Of a stretch of 32,000 nt of DNA, positions 16,171 through 24,132 are shown one piece after another. Both the position numbers and the translations under genes were made by a program. Positions within the stretch are counted from its first letter, which is position 1; each line of letters begins with the position of its first letter. This stretch comes from Patescibacteria group bacterium (GTDB lineage: Bacteria; Patescibacteriota; Patescibacteriia; 2-01-FULL-39-33), in assembly GCA_041662745.1 (NCBI GenBank), contig JBAZRV010000005.1, forward strand, positions 74,316 to 106,315, read 5' to 3'. The notes below the pieces were generated by a model. It searched no databases and was not told where the DNA came from. It was given only the letters and a program-made list of their open reading frames with translations.

Positions 16171-16305
16171 TCAATTGCTCCTCTTGCGGTTGGCGCGCCG
16201 CTCCGCTCTGCGCTCCTCCCGCTTTGAACCGGTACGAGGCAAAAAACCGGCGCCGCTGCCATAATAAGCGGAAAAGAACTTAAGCCACAATCTGCGCAGA
16301 CTCAT
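16171..16305 (-). CDS. possible 44-aa arginine-rich peptide, translationally coupled to the zinc-ribbon gene
   Basis: ATG 16305 preceded by AAGGAG with a 7-nt spacer. MSLRRLWLKFFSAYYGSGAGFLPRTGSKREERRAERRANRKRSN. Its TGA is 1 nt before the next ATG (TGAcATG). Below the track cutoff. Confidence 0.4.
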   Translation of the reverse strand: MSLRRLWLKFFSAYYGSGAGFLPRTGSKREERRAERRANRKRSN

Positions 16306-16394
16306 GAATTTTCTCCTTTTTAGTTATCATAGCCATTTTAGGTCAGGAATTGCCATTCAAGTTATCCTATCAGCAACAACGTTTTTTGTCAAAC

Positions 16395-16418
16395 AAAAAC
16401 TGTCGAAAATTTCGACAG
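16395..16418 (-). terminator. rho-independent terminator after ftsEX
   Basis: Minus strand: CTGTCGAAA-t-TTTCGACAG hairpin followed by TTTTTGTTTG. Confidence 0.75.
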
Positions 16419-16439
16419 TAATAAAGTGAGATTTCTGCT

Positions 16440-16465
16440 AATTTTAGACGTTAATTTTAGACGTT
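16440..16465. repeat. perfect 13-bp tandem duplication spanning the ftsX stop codon
   Basis: AATTTTAGACGTT occurs twice (16440-16452 and 16453-16465). The second copy contains the last two codons and the TAA of ftsX on the minus strand. Confidence 0.9.
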
Positions 16466-17374
16466 TAAATATTTGCCAATGGCCACCGCCGAAGAAACAA
16501 TGTTGACGGCGGTAATGGCTAACAATTCCGTACCGAAGATATAAACAAAATTAGCATTAAAATAACCGGTCAAATCAAAGGTGGCGCCGGCAAAAAAACC
16601 GGAAACATACGGTTGCAACACCGATAACAAAGGATAGAAAAAAACTATGGTAATAAATACCGCGACGATTCCGGCAATAACGCTTTCCAAAATAAAAGGC
16701 GAACGGATAAACCAATTGGAAGCCCCGACCAACTTCATGATGCCGATTTCATTTTGGTGAGTGAAAATAGCCACGCGAACCGTATTAAAAATTATCAAGA
16801 TGGAAATAAGAGCGAAGATGCCGATAACGAAATAAGCGGCGCGGCGCACCGTATCGGCAATGCCGTTAATCCGCGAAATCACCAATTGATTATCATCATA
16901 ATTCTTTTCCTCAATCAACTCGGCAAAAGATGGATCATCGATGGCTTTTAGAATCTCCGGGTAATCCTTGAGATCCTTGGCTTTGATTACCAGGGTGGCG
17001 CTCATAGGGTTGGCGGATAACTCTTTAAGCGTCTCCTGAATCTTAACGTCGCCGGCATGCTTCTCCTTAAACGCTTCCAGATTGTCTTCAGATGAACGAT
17101 AAGTGATATTTTTGACTTGAGACAATCCTTCCAGATGGGATTTGACTTCGGCGACTTTGCTTTCCCTGACTTCCGGCTTGAAATAAACTGAGACATCAAT
17201 GCGGTCTTTAACCGCCGCAATGGCCGAGTCGGAAATAACATTGACGACCAGAAGCAGATTAACGGAAATCAAAGTTAAAAAAATCACAAAAACAGTGGCC
17301 AGAGACAGCCAAATATTGCGCCAAAAAGACTGCAGGGCGAAAAAAATTGAACGATTTAAAGTCAAAAGAAACAT
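16457..17374 (-). CDS. ftsX: cell division ABC transporter permease FtsX
   Basis: 305 aa. N-terminal TM, a large extracytoplasmic loop and three C-terminal TMs. Contains MKLVGASNWFIRSPFILE. Starts 3 nt after the ftsE stop. Confidence 0.88.
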   Translation of the reverse strand: MFLLTLNRSIFFALQSFWRNIWLSLATVFVIFLTLISVNLLLVVNVISDSAIAAVKDRIDVSVYFKPEVRESKVAEVKSHLEGLSQVKNITYRSSEDNLEAFKEKHAGDVKIQETLKELSANPMSATLVIKAKDLKDYPEILKAIDDPSFAELIEEKNYDDNQLVISRINGIADTVRRAAYFVIGIFALISILIIFNTVRVAIFTHQNEIGIMKLVGASNWFIRSPFILESVIAGIVAVFITIVFFYPLLSVLQPYVSGFFAGATFDLTGYFNANFVYIFGTELLAITAVNIVSSAVAIGKYLNV

Positions 17375-17377
17375 AAA

Positions 17378-18058
17378 TTAGATTACATATTTCCCTACTT
17401 TTTGATCTCCGACCACTAAGCCTTCATCCAAAGTAATAACGCGACGCTTGAGGGAATTAACAATTTCTTTATTATGAGTCACCATCACGACAGTGGTGCC
17501 AAACTCGTTAATTTTTAATAATAAATCAATAATATCCTTGGTGTTTAGGGCGTCCAGATTGCCGGTCGGCTCATCGGCCAAAAGCACCTTGGGACGATGA
17601 ATCAGGGCACGGGCGATGGCCACGCGCTGTTTCTCTCCGCCGGACAACTCATGCGGATAACGCGCCAGCTTATCCTGCAGATCCACAATAGACAGAACTT
17701 GGGGTACCACCGCCTGAATACGGCTTTTAGTGGCGCCGGCAACCTGCAAAGCGAAAGCCACATTCTCAAAGACCGTTTTCTTGGGCAAAAGCTTGAAATC
17801 CTGAAACACTACGCCGATTTGCCGGCGCAATGACGGTATGCTGCGCTTCTTGATATTAGTGATATCCCAACCGCCGATTATCACCTGACCGCTATCGGGA
17901 GGCAGCTCGGCAATAAGCAGGCGAACAATAGTTGTCTTGCCTGAACCGGATTGGCCGACAATGGAGACAAACTCTCCCGGCTCAATATGAATATTAGCGC
18001 TTTTAAGCGCTTCAGTGGTGGGCGGAAATTTTTTTGAGACGTCAACAAGATGGATCAT
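17378..18058 (-). CDS. ftsE: cell division ATP-binding protein FtsE
   Basis: 226 aa. Walker A GQSGSGKTT, signature LSGGEKQRVAIARAL, Walker B VLLADEPTGNLD. Paired with ftsX. Confidence 0.9.
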   Translation of the reverse strand: MIHLVDVSKKFPPTTEALKSANIHIEPGEFVSIVGQSGSGKTTIVRLLIAELPPDSGQVIIGGWDITNIKKRSIPSLRRQIGVVFQDFKLLPKKTVFENVAFALQVAGATKSRIQAVVPQVLSIVDLQDKLARYPHELSGGEKQRVAIARALIHRPKVLLADEPTGNLDALNTKDIIDLLLKINEFGTTVVMVTHNKEIVNSLKRRVITLDEGLVVGDQKVGKYVI

Positions 18059-18096
18059 GGCTGATTAATTTCAATTATCAATAAAATACTTTGCAT

Positions 18097-18921
18097 TTAC
18101 TTATTAATTGCTATGGCGGAGGCCGGCTCCTGATACGCCTCAACTTTTACATCAATAACCCCCAATTTGGTAGAAGCGATTTTTTTAAACGCTTCTTTGC
18201 CCAAATCAATTACCCGATCGGGATGAACAGCCGGATCCGGTCCCCAATCCTTGATTGTCACTACGACTTGCTTGCCATTGGCCAAATTGGTCACGAGCAC
18301 CTTGGCGCCGCGAGAAAACTGGGTGGAAGCGGCCATCAGCTCCCGGCGATATTTGGGATGAACATACCAAGAAGCGCGTCCGACCGATTCCGGCTCTTTA
18401 AGCAAGACAAAAATCAACTTGCCGGGAAAAGTGACGTCGGCTGTGGCTGTATATTTTTTTAAATCTTTAACCGTCTCAAGACGGGTAAATTGACCATTGC
18501 TTTCGTCCCAATAATAAAGATTGCGCAAATCATTATCACCCGGATACGACATTATTATTTGCGGCAAAAAATTCCAATCAGAAGAAGTGGAGATACCCAA
18601 AAAATAAATATCGGATGCCGCCTCGGTCTTTTCCGGCAGAACGTAAGTTGAACTGGCAATGGCTGATTGCGGTATCAAAGACAATAGCTTGAAAGAGACG
18701 CTAGCCGTACTGGTTCCCTTGGCTACTCGAAAAGCCAGGGAGCCGTCCGACGACTTAACGACAAAATCGCCTTTTCTAATTGCCGGTATTAAATCAATCA
18801 CTATTAAATCCTCGGCCTGGGCAAAATGGCAAAACAAGCCAAAAGCGGCGAAACCGGCAAGCAATAAAGTAAAAAATAATCCCTCCCTCCAACTAAAATA
18901 ACGATTTCCGGGTTTTTTCAT
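18097..18921 (-). CDS. secreted protein with C-terminal RlpA-like double-psi beta-barrel (DPBB) domain
   Basis: Start moved to ATG 18921 (MKKPGNRYFSW..., signal/TM LFFTLLLAGFAAFGLF). C-terminus ASWYVHP...AASTQFSRGAKVLVTNLANGKQVVVTIKDWGPDP...RVIDLGKEAFKKI matches the RlpA pattern. The track extension to 19011 runs into tRNA-Gly. Confidence 0.75.
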   Translation of the reverse strand: MKKPGNRYFSWREGLFFTLLLAGFAAFGLFCHFAQAEDLIVIDLIPAIRKGDFVVKSSDGSLAFRVAKGTSTASVSFKLLSLIPQSAIASSTYVLPEKTEAASDIYFLGISTSSDWNFLPQIIMSYPGDNDLRNLYYWDESNGQFTRLETVKDLKKYTATADVTFPGKLIFVLLKEPESVGRASWYVHPKYRRELMAASTQFSRGAKVLVTNLANGKQVVVTIKDWGPDPAVHPDRVIDLGKEAFKKIASTKLGVIDVKVEAYQEPASAIAINK

Positions 18922-18923
18922 AG

Positions 18924-18951
18924 TTGATTTTTTAGGCAAATTTGCTATAAT
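18924..18951 (+). promoter_or_regulatory. promoter of the tRNA-Gly/tRNA-Thr pair
   Basis: TTGATT (18924-18929), 16 nt, TGcTATAAT (18943-18951). tRNA-Gly starts 13 nt downstream. Confidence 0.7.
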
Positions 18952-18963
18952 AATATTGTTATT

Positions 18964-19034
18964 GCGGGTATGGTTTAGTGGCAGAACGTGACCTTCCCAA
19001 GGTTGAGGCACGAGTTCGATTCTCGTTACCCGCT
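18964..19034 (+). tRNA. tRNA-Gly (anticodon CCC)
   Basis: Hand-folded cloverleaf. Acceptor GCGGGTA/TACCCGC, D stem GTTT/GAAC, anticodon stem TGACC/GGTTG with loop TTCCCAA, T arm ACGAG-TTCGATT-CTCGT, discriminator T. No encoded CCA. Confidence 0.9.
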
Positions 19035-19050
19035 CAAAAACTTAAAAAAT

Positions 19051-19123
19051 GCCAAGATAGCTCAGTTGGTAGAGCAACGGTATCGTAAACCGTGGGTCGG
19101 GAGTTCGAATCTCCCTCTTGGCT
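19051..19123 (+). tRNA. tRNA-Thr (anticodon CGT)
   Basis: Acceptor GCCAAGA/TCTTGGC, D arm GCTC-AGTTGGTA-GAGC, anticodon stem ACGGT/ACCGT with loop ATCGTAA, T arm GGGAG-TTCGAAT-CTCCC. No encoded CCA. Confidence 0.9.
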
Positions 19124-19145
19124 TAAGTAAGATTCAAACGGGATT

Positions 19146-19169
19146 CGCCCAGTCGGGCGTTTCTTTTTT
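19146..19169 (+). terminator. putative terminator after the tRNA pair
   Basis: CGCCC-agtc-GGGCG followed by TTTCTTTTTT. The stem is only 5 bp. Confidence 0.5.
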
Positions 19170-20730
19170 ATTTGATATATCTGACAATCCTGGCTTTATC
19201 CAGCAAACTTTTAATATACTGATCCACATCAACTTCAATCAAAATATGGCGCAAATTAATGCTTTCTTTGCCGGTTGTCTTATCTTTTAACTTGCTCTCC
19301 ACTTTAACTATATGATAACCGTAACGGCTTTTAACTAACTGCTTATACACTGTGTTGGTGGCGGCGCTGAACAAAACATCCTCCCATTGAGGATCAAGCT
19401 GACCCCGAACCACCCAGCCGAATTCTCCGCCGGTATTTACTCCCGCTTCATCATCGGTATATTGTTTAGCTAAAGCGGTAAAATCAGTGGTACTGGAAGT
19501 GGTAGTGGCTAAAGCTAACTTCAGCACTTGTTCAGCTTCATGTTTGGCTGCTTGGTTTATCGGCAACGATTCATCGTTCACTATGGCCTCACGCAAATAC
19601 TCCCGCATCATCACCGGCTTAAGGATTTTATCCTTAAACTGTTCCAAATTAAGATTCCAATTCTTTTGCACCATTGATTCGGCCTGTTCGCGCGATCCGG
19701 CTTGAGCGATCAAGGCGTCTAAATTATCGTTCAGTTCTTTATCGGTAACGGGCTTGTTATAACGCTTGAGTTCTTGAGCCATTAATTCATCCGCCGCTAA
19801 ACGATAAAAAATCTTATCATTCTCTTGAGTCCAAAGCGATACGTCCAGCCCCTCGCGTTTCTGAGCCAGGGCGGCGTCCAACAATTTGGCATCGCTGTAA
19901 TAATCACTCAAAGAAATCATTTGACCAGCCACTTGGCCGGCCGGCAGATGCAAGACTTTGGCCACCTCAACGCTGACCCAATCCTTAAAACCAAAACGGT
20001 AAATGCCGACCAAATCAACAACCAAAACCAAAATAACGGCTAAAAACAAAAAAATTAATAATTTTAACCAACGATGAGATTTTTTTTCCGCGCCCTCACC
20101 GATCTTAAAAGCTTTTTCCTTAATCGGCTGCATTGATCGGGAGGTCGGGCGCTTGAACAGACTCTCCAATGATTCCTCCTTCTTTGGCTTAGTCCAAGAT
20201 AGATCGGGTGCGACACGCGGACCGAAAGAAAAAGAGCGCTTCTCCGGTTTGGCAATAACTTTAGCAATTGCCGGGACTTTTATTGCCGGAGCGACGCTTG
20301 CCGGCTTCGCCGACTTCATCGCCTTAGCCTCGGACTTTTGCTTAGTCAACTTGGCTGACATTCTCTTTACTTTGACCGGTTTGGTTTTTGTTTTTGCAAC
20401 AACGGCGGTTTTAGATTTGCCTTTTACTTTAACTGACGGTTTGGCCGTTACGGCCATTACCCGGGTTGGCGGTTTTATTGCCGCTATTGCCGACTGGCCG
20501 ACGATTGAAGAAGCGGATTTTGGCGCTGCTTTAAGTTGGGCTAAACCGCTCTTAGCTTGATAAATCGGCTTAGGTTTGATTGACCCCAAAGCAAAATTTT
20601 TGGCTGATGCCGATTCCGTCACTGATCTTTTTTCACTGGCAATGCGATCCGTTTTCGGTTCCAGGGCAGCCATTATTTCTTGCTTTAATTGCGCTTTTTT
20701 TACTGGGGAAAGGTTCGATTTTTTAGGCAT
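19168..20730 (-). CDS. membrane-anchored PpiC/parvulin-type peptidyl-prolyl isomerase with SurA-like middle region and long Lys/Ala-rich N-terminal tail
   Basis: 520 aa. Residues 1-220 are K/A/P-rich. TM WLKLLIFLFLAVILVLVVDLVGIY. C-terminal parvulin core GGEFGWVVRGQLDPQWEDVLF...YGYHIVKV. Confidence 0.8.
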   Translation of the reverse strand: MPKKSNLSPVKKAQLKQEIMAALEPKTDRIASEKRSVTESASAKNFALGSIKPKPIYQAKSGLAQLKAAPKSASSIVGQSAIAAIKPPTRVMAVTAKPSVKVKGKSKTAVVAKTKTKPVKVKRMSAKLTKQKSEAKAMKSAKPASVAPAIKVPAIAKVIAKPEKRSFSFGPRVAPDLSWTKPKKEESLESLFKRPTSRSMQPIKEKAFKIGEGAEKKSHRWLKLLIFLFLAVILVLVVDLVGIYRFGFKDWVSVEVAKVLHLPAGQVAGQMISLSDYYSDAKLLDAALAQKREGLDVSLWTQENDKIFYRLAADELMAQELKRYNKPVTDKELNDNLDALIAQAGSREQAESMVQKNWNLNLEQFKDKILKPVMMREYLREAIVNDESLPINQAAKHEAEQVLKLALATTTSSTTDFTALAKQYTDDEAGVNTGGEFGWVVRGQLDPQWEDVLFSAATNTVYKQLVKSRYGYHIVKVESKLKDKTTGKESINLRHILIEVDVDQYIKSLLDKARIVRYIK

Positions 20731-20784
20731 ATGATATTATAAAGGGTATTTGCTAAGTGATATTTGCAGTAATATTTGTTAAGT

Positions 20785-21219
20785 TTAGTTAAAGAAATAT
20801 CTCCACCATTTTGCCGGGTTGGACTCTTTGGCCGAGGAGGGACTGTCAACCAGCTCCAGCAAATCTTGATTATCCCTAATAACCACTTCTTCAATTGAAG
20901 AAGTTGAGGAACCTAATGTTTCCGGACGCATTATGACAAAAGCCTTCTCCCCCGCCCTCTTCAACCCCAGTTGGGTACGAGCGCTGCTCTCCAATTCTCC
21001 GGTAGAATTCCAATTGTCTATCCGATATTGCAAATCGTTATTTTGCCGTTTTAAATCATCAGTTTGATTTTGCAAATCGCTGATCCGCAAAGCGATCTTA
21101 TTACGATTAATCGCTTCACGAACCAAAGATACGGCTAAAAGCAAGATAATAACAATGCCAACAATTGACAGAAATCTAAAAAATATTTTTTGTTTTATTT
21201 CAGAATTTTCTAACGACAT
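20785..21219 (-). CDS. septum formation initiator family protein (FtsB/DivIC-like)
   Basis: 144 aa. N-terminal TM (FLSIVGIVIILLLAVSL), coiled coil ISDLQNQTDDLKRQNNDLQYRIDNW, then ELESSARTQLGLKRAGEKAFVI, typical of the family. Confidence 0.75.
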   Translation of the reverse strand: MSLENSEIKQKIFFRFLSIVGIVIILLLAVSLVREAINRNKIALRISDLQNQTDDLKRQNNDLQYRIDNWNSTGELESSARTQLGLKRAGEKAFVIMRPETLGSSTSSIEEVVIRDNQDLLELVDSPSSAKESNPAKWWRYFFN

Positions 21220-21242
21220 AGTTATTATAACATAAACCGCTT

Positions 21243-23996
21243 CTAAGCCGCAAATTTAATAATATTGCCGTTTGGTTTTCTGCGGAATAACAAATCCTTC
21301 ATTATCTCAATCATAATCGTCTTAAAAACAGCCAAAGACATGACTATCAGCCAATCATTAAGATCCAATGAGGTTAAACCGAAAATCTCGGCAAAAAACG
21401 GCGCATAAATAACGGCAAATAATAAAATAAAGGAGACGGTAACACTCCAAAATAATGGCCGATTGCCAAAGATACTCTGCCGCCAAACCGGCTGATATAA
21501 ACTGCGCAAACTAAAAGCGTACAGCAAGGCGTCAGCGCTTAAAGTTGCCAAAATTATCGTTCTGATATGAGCCAGGGGCGCGCCCTGTGTTTCCAGAACA
21601 ATATAAATCAATAACAGCAAGACATCAGTCATAAGCGCCGCTACAATAATCATCCACTTCATCTTATTATCCAAGATCGGCTGTTCTCGCGGCGCCGGCG
21701 GATAAGCCATCGCCTCGCCATTTCCGGCTTCGGCCGCTAAGGTCAGATTAGGCAAGCCATGATCAATTAAATTGATCCAGAGTATTTGTATGGCGATTAG
21801 CGGCAAGGGCAAACCCAAAAATAAAGCTCCGGCCAACAAGATAATTTCCGAAAAACTGCCCAGAAAAAGATAGAGCGTGACCTTCTTGATATTATCAAAA
21901 ATATTCCTTCCCTCTTTAATCGCTTCCACTATCACGTCAAAGCCGTTATTCAACAGAACCATATCAGCGGCTTCCTTGGCCACATCAGTGCCTCCGCCCA
22001 AGGCAATGCCCACATCGGCGGCCTTTAAAGCTGGCGCGTCGTTAATGCCGTCGCCGGTCATCGCCACTACCTGACCAAGATTACGCCAGACATGGACTAA
22101 GCGCAATTTATGCCGCGGTTCCACCCGGGCATACACATCAATTTGCGGCAATTGCCGCATTAATTGAACTTCGTCCAATTTATCCAGAGCCTCGCCCGTC
22201 AGGATTCGGCCTCGTCCCAATCCCAGTTCAGCATAAATCGCTTGTGCCGTAATCTTATGATCGCCAGTCACAATAACCGTCCTAATGCCGGCATTGCGGC
22301 AATCAACCACGGCCTTAGCGGCGTTTAGACGCAACGGATCCTTCAAGGCGACAAAACCAACAAAAACCAAATCAGGCAATTTTTCATCCAACCGCTTAAA
22401 ATGATCTGCCGTGTCATAAGCCAAGGCCAAAACACGCAAACCTTCTTTGGCCAATTCTTCAACTTTAATTTTCAACAGCTTCACCTGCTCCGGTGACATT
22501 TGCCTTTTCTCGCCGCCGATCAAGACTCGATTACAAAAAGGCAGGATTTTTTCCGGCGCGCCTTTGGCAAAAATATGGCTATGCCCGTCAGCCTTATGCC
22601 GATGCAGAGTAGCCATGTATTTACGCGATGAGTCAAAAGGAATTTCTGCCACCTTCGGGTATTCAAGGTCTAACTCTTCCTTATTGAAACCGGCGGCCAG
22701 GCCGGATAGGACCAAGGCCTGCTCGGTAGGATCGGCTATAATTTGCAACTCGGCCAATGCGGCTTCCGGATTAACAATCCGAGCGGAACTGCACAACAAG
22801 GAAATCTTAGCCAATAAAGCCAACTCCTTGGTTTCCGCTCCGCCTTCTAATGGTTCTTGAAGGGGGGCAAGAGAAAACTCCCGTTCGGCGGTGAGCAAAC
22901 GCGCCACCCTCATATGTCCTTCAGTCAAGGTTCCGGTTTTGTCCGTTAAGATAACCGAGATTCTCCCCAGGGTTTCCGTAGCTGACAAGTGACGCACCAA
23001 AGCGTGATGCTGTAAAATGCGTTGCATGCCTAATGCAGAAACAATCGTCAAAGAAATCAGCAACCCTTCAGGAATAGCGGCGACGGCAACCGCGGCGGCA
23101 ATAATAAGCATTTGCCCGACGCCATATCCCCTAAATAACCCCATAACCAATATAATCAAACAAATAATAAGGACTGCCAGAGCCAATAAGCGGCTAAACT
23201 GCTCCAATTGCTTGAAAAGCAAGGTTTTTTCTTCTTTAATCCCTTCCAACATTTTACCGATTTGGCCAAATTCCGTCTTACTGCCGGTCGCGCAAACAAC
23301 AGCCAACCCCTTGCCTCGCACAACGGTCGTACCCAGATAAACCATGTTTTTCCTGTCAGCCAAAACAGTTTGCTGATTTAGTTTCCTTGTTTCTTTGCTG
23401 ACGGGATTTGACTCGCCGGTTAAAGCGGCTTCCGAAGTCTGCAAATCATAAATTTCAAACAAGCGACAATCGGCCGGAACCTTGTCTCCGCTTTTTAAGG
23501 CGATAACGTCCCCGGGAACAAGCTTGGCGGCCGGCAACACTGACGGCCTTCCATCGCGAAAAACCGTGGCATAATAAACAACCATGGCTCGCAATTTTTC
23601 CAGCGCCCGATTCGCTTTGTTCTCTTGAAACCAGCCGAACCAAGCGTTAATGCCGACTACTACCGCAATAACTGCGGCATCAGGCCATTTCTGCAATAAA
23701 ATAGAAATTATAGCGGCGATAAGTAAAACATAAACCAAGGGAGACTTGAATTGAGATAAAAAAATCATTACAGATGATGCCGGCTTGGCTCGGTTCAATT
23801 CATTTTTGCCGAATTGTTCCAGTCGCCTTTGCGCCTCATCAGCAGATAAACCGCCGCTGGCCGAATTTAATGATTTAAGGCAAGCTTTCGCCTCCAAACT
23901 ATGCCAATTACTCTCTATTAATGGTTCATTAAGCCGATTCTTGGCCTTAGCCGGCGATCGTAAAATAATTTTAGTTTTTTTATTATCCGCCTTCAT
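21243..23996 (-). CDS. cation-transporting P-type ATPase (P2-type, Ca2+/Mg2+-like)
   Basis: 917 aa. Motifs TGES (LTGESNPVSK), phosphorylation site DKTGTLT, KGAPE, VTGDHKITA and MTGDGINDAPALKAADVGIA. About 10 TM segments. Confidence 0.93.
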   Translation of the reverse strand: MKADNKKTKIILRSPAKAKNRLNEPLIESNWHSLEAKACLKSLNSASGGLSADEAQRRLEQFGKNELNRAKPASSVMIFLSQFKSPLVYVLLIAAIISILLQKWPDAAVIAVVVGINAWFGWFQENKANRALEKLRAMVVYYATVFRDGRPSVLPAAKLVPGDVIALKSGDKVPADCRLFEIYDLQTSEAALTGESNPVSKETRKLNQQTVLADRKNMVYLGTTVVRGKGLAVVCATGSKTEFGQIGKMLEGIKEEKTLLFKQLEQFSRLLALAVLIICLIILVMGLFRGYGVGQMLIIAAAVAVAAIPEGLLISLTIVSALGMQRILQHHALVRHLSATETLGRISVILTDKTGTLTEGHMRVARLLTAEREFSLAPLQEPLEGGAETKELALLAKISLLCSSARIVNPEAALAELQIIADPTEQALVLSGLAAGFNKEELDLEYPKVAEIPFDSSRKYMATLHRHKADGHSHIFAKGAPEKILPFCNRVLIGGEKRQMSPEQVKLLKIKVEELAKEGLRVLALAYDTADHFKRLDEKLPDLVFVGFVALKDPLRLNAAKAVVDCRNAGIRTVIVTGDHKITAQAIYAELGLGRGRILTGEALDKLDEVQLMRQLPQIDVYARVEPRHKLRLVHVWRNLGQVVAMTGDGINDAPALKAADVGIALGGGTDVAKEAADMVLLNNGFDVIVEAIKEGRNIFDNIKKVTLYLFLGSFSEIILLAGALFLGLPLPLIAIQILWINLIDHGLPNLTLAAEAGNGEAMAYPPAPREQPILDNKMKWMIIVAALMTDVLLLLIYIVLETQGAPLAHIRTIILATLSADALLYAFSLRSLYQPVWRQSIFGNRPLFWSVTVSFILLFAVIYAPFFAEIFGLTSLDLNDWLIVMSLAVFKTIMIEIMKDLLFRRKPNGNIIKFAA

Positions 23997-24033
23997 GATA
24001 AAAATTATTTTTATGACAACATTGTTTGCTTAT

Positions 24034-24062
24034 ATTATAACACAAAACGACTTGCTTCTCAA
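24034..24062 (-). promoter_or_regulatory. sigma70-type promoter of the P-type ATPase gene
   Basis: Minus strand: TTGAGA (24062-24057), 17 nt, TGtTATAAT (-10 at 24039-24034), then ATAAGCAAAC. Confidence 0.7.
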
Positions 24063-24071
24063 AACTAAACT

Positions 24072-24110
24072 AAAAAAACATTCCGATCACAGTTCGGTGA
24101 ACGGAATGTT
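24072..24110 (-). terminator. rho-independent terminator after the ABC exporter gene
   Basis: Minus strand: AACATTCCGtTCAC-cgaact-GTGAtCGGAATGTT followed by TTTTTTAG. Confidence 0.85.
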
Positions 24111-24132
24111 AAATATGCAATATCGCTAATCG

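Noticed and set aside
15957-16262. 101-aa version of the zinc-ribbon ORF (MAAAPVFCLV...)
   Set aside because: There is no ribosome-binding site at 16262. Two SD-led starts (16305 in another frame, 16169 in this frame) explain the region better. Kept as an open question in the findings.
18922-19011. N-terminal 30 codons of track ORF 18097..19011 (MPQPWEGHVLPLNHTRNNNIIIANLPKKST)
   Set aside because: This stretch is antisense to tRNA-Gly (18964-19034) and to the tRNA promoter. A proper signal peptide begins at the internal ATG 18921, so the extension is treated as non-coding.
20153-20560. 135-aa + strand ORF
   Set aside because: It is antisense to the Lys/Ala-rich tail of the parvulin gene (AAG/GCC codons read backwards), so it is a mirror artefact.
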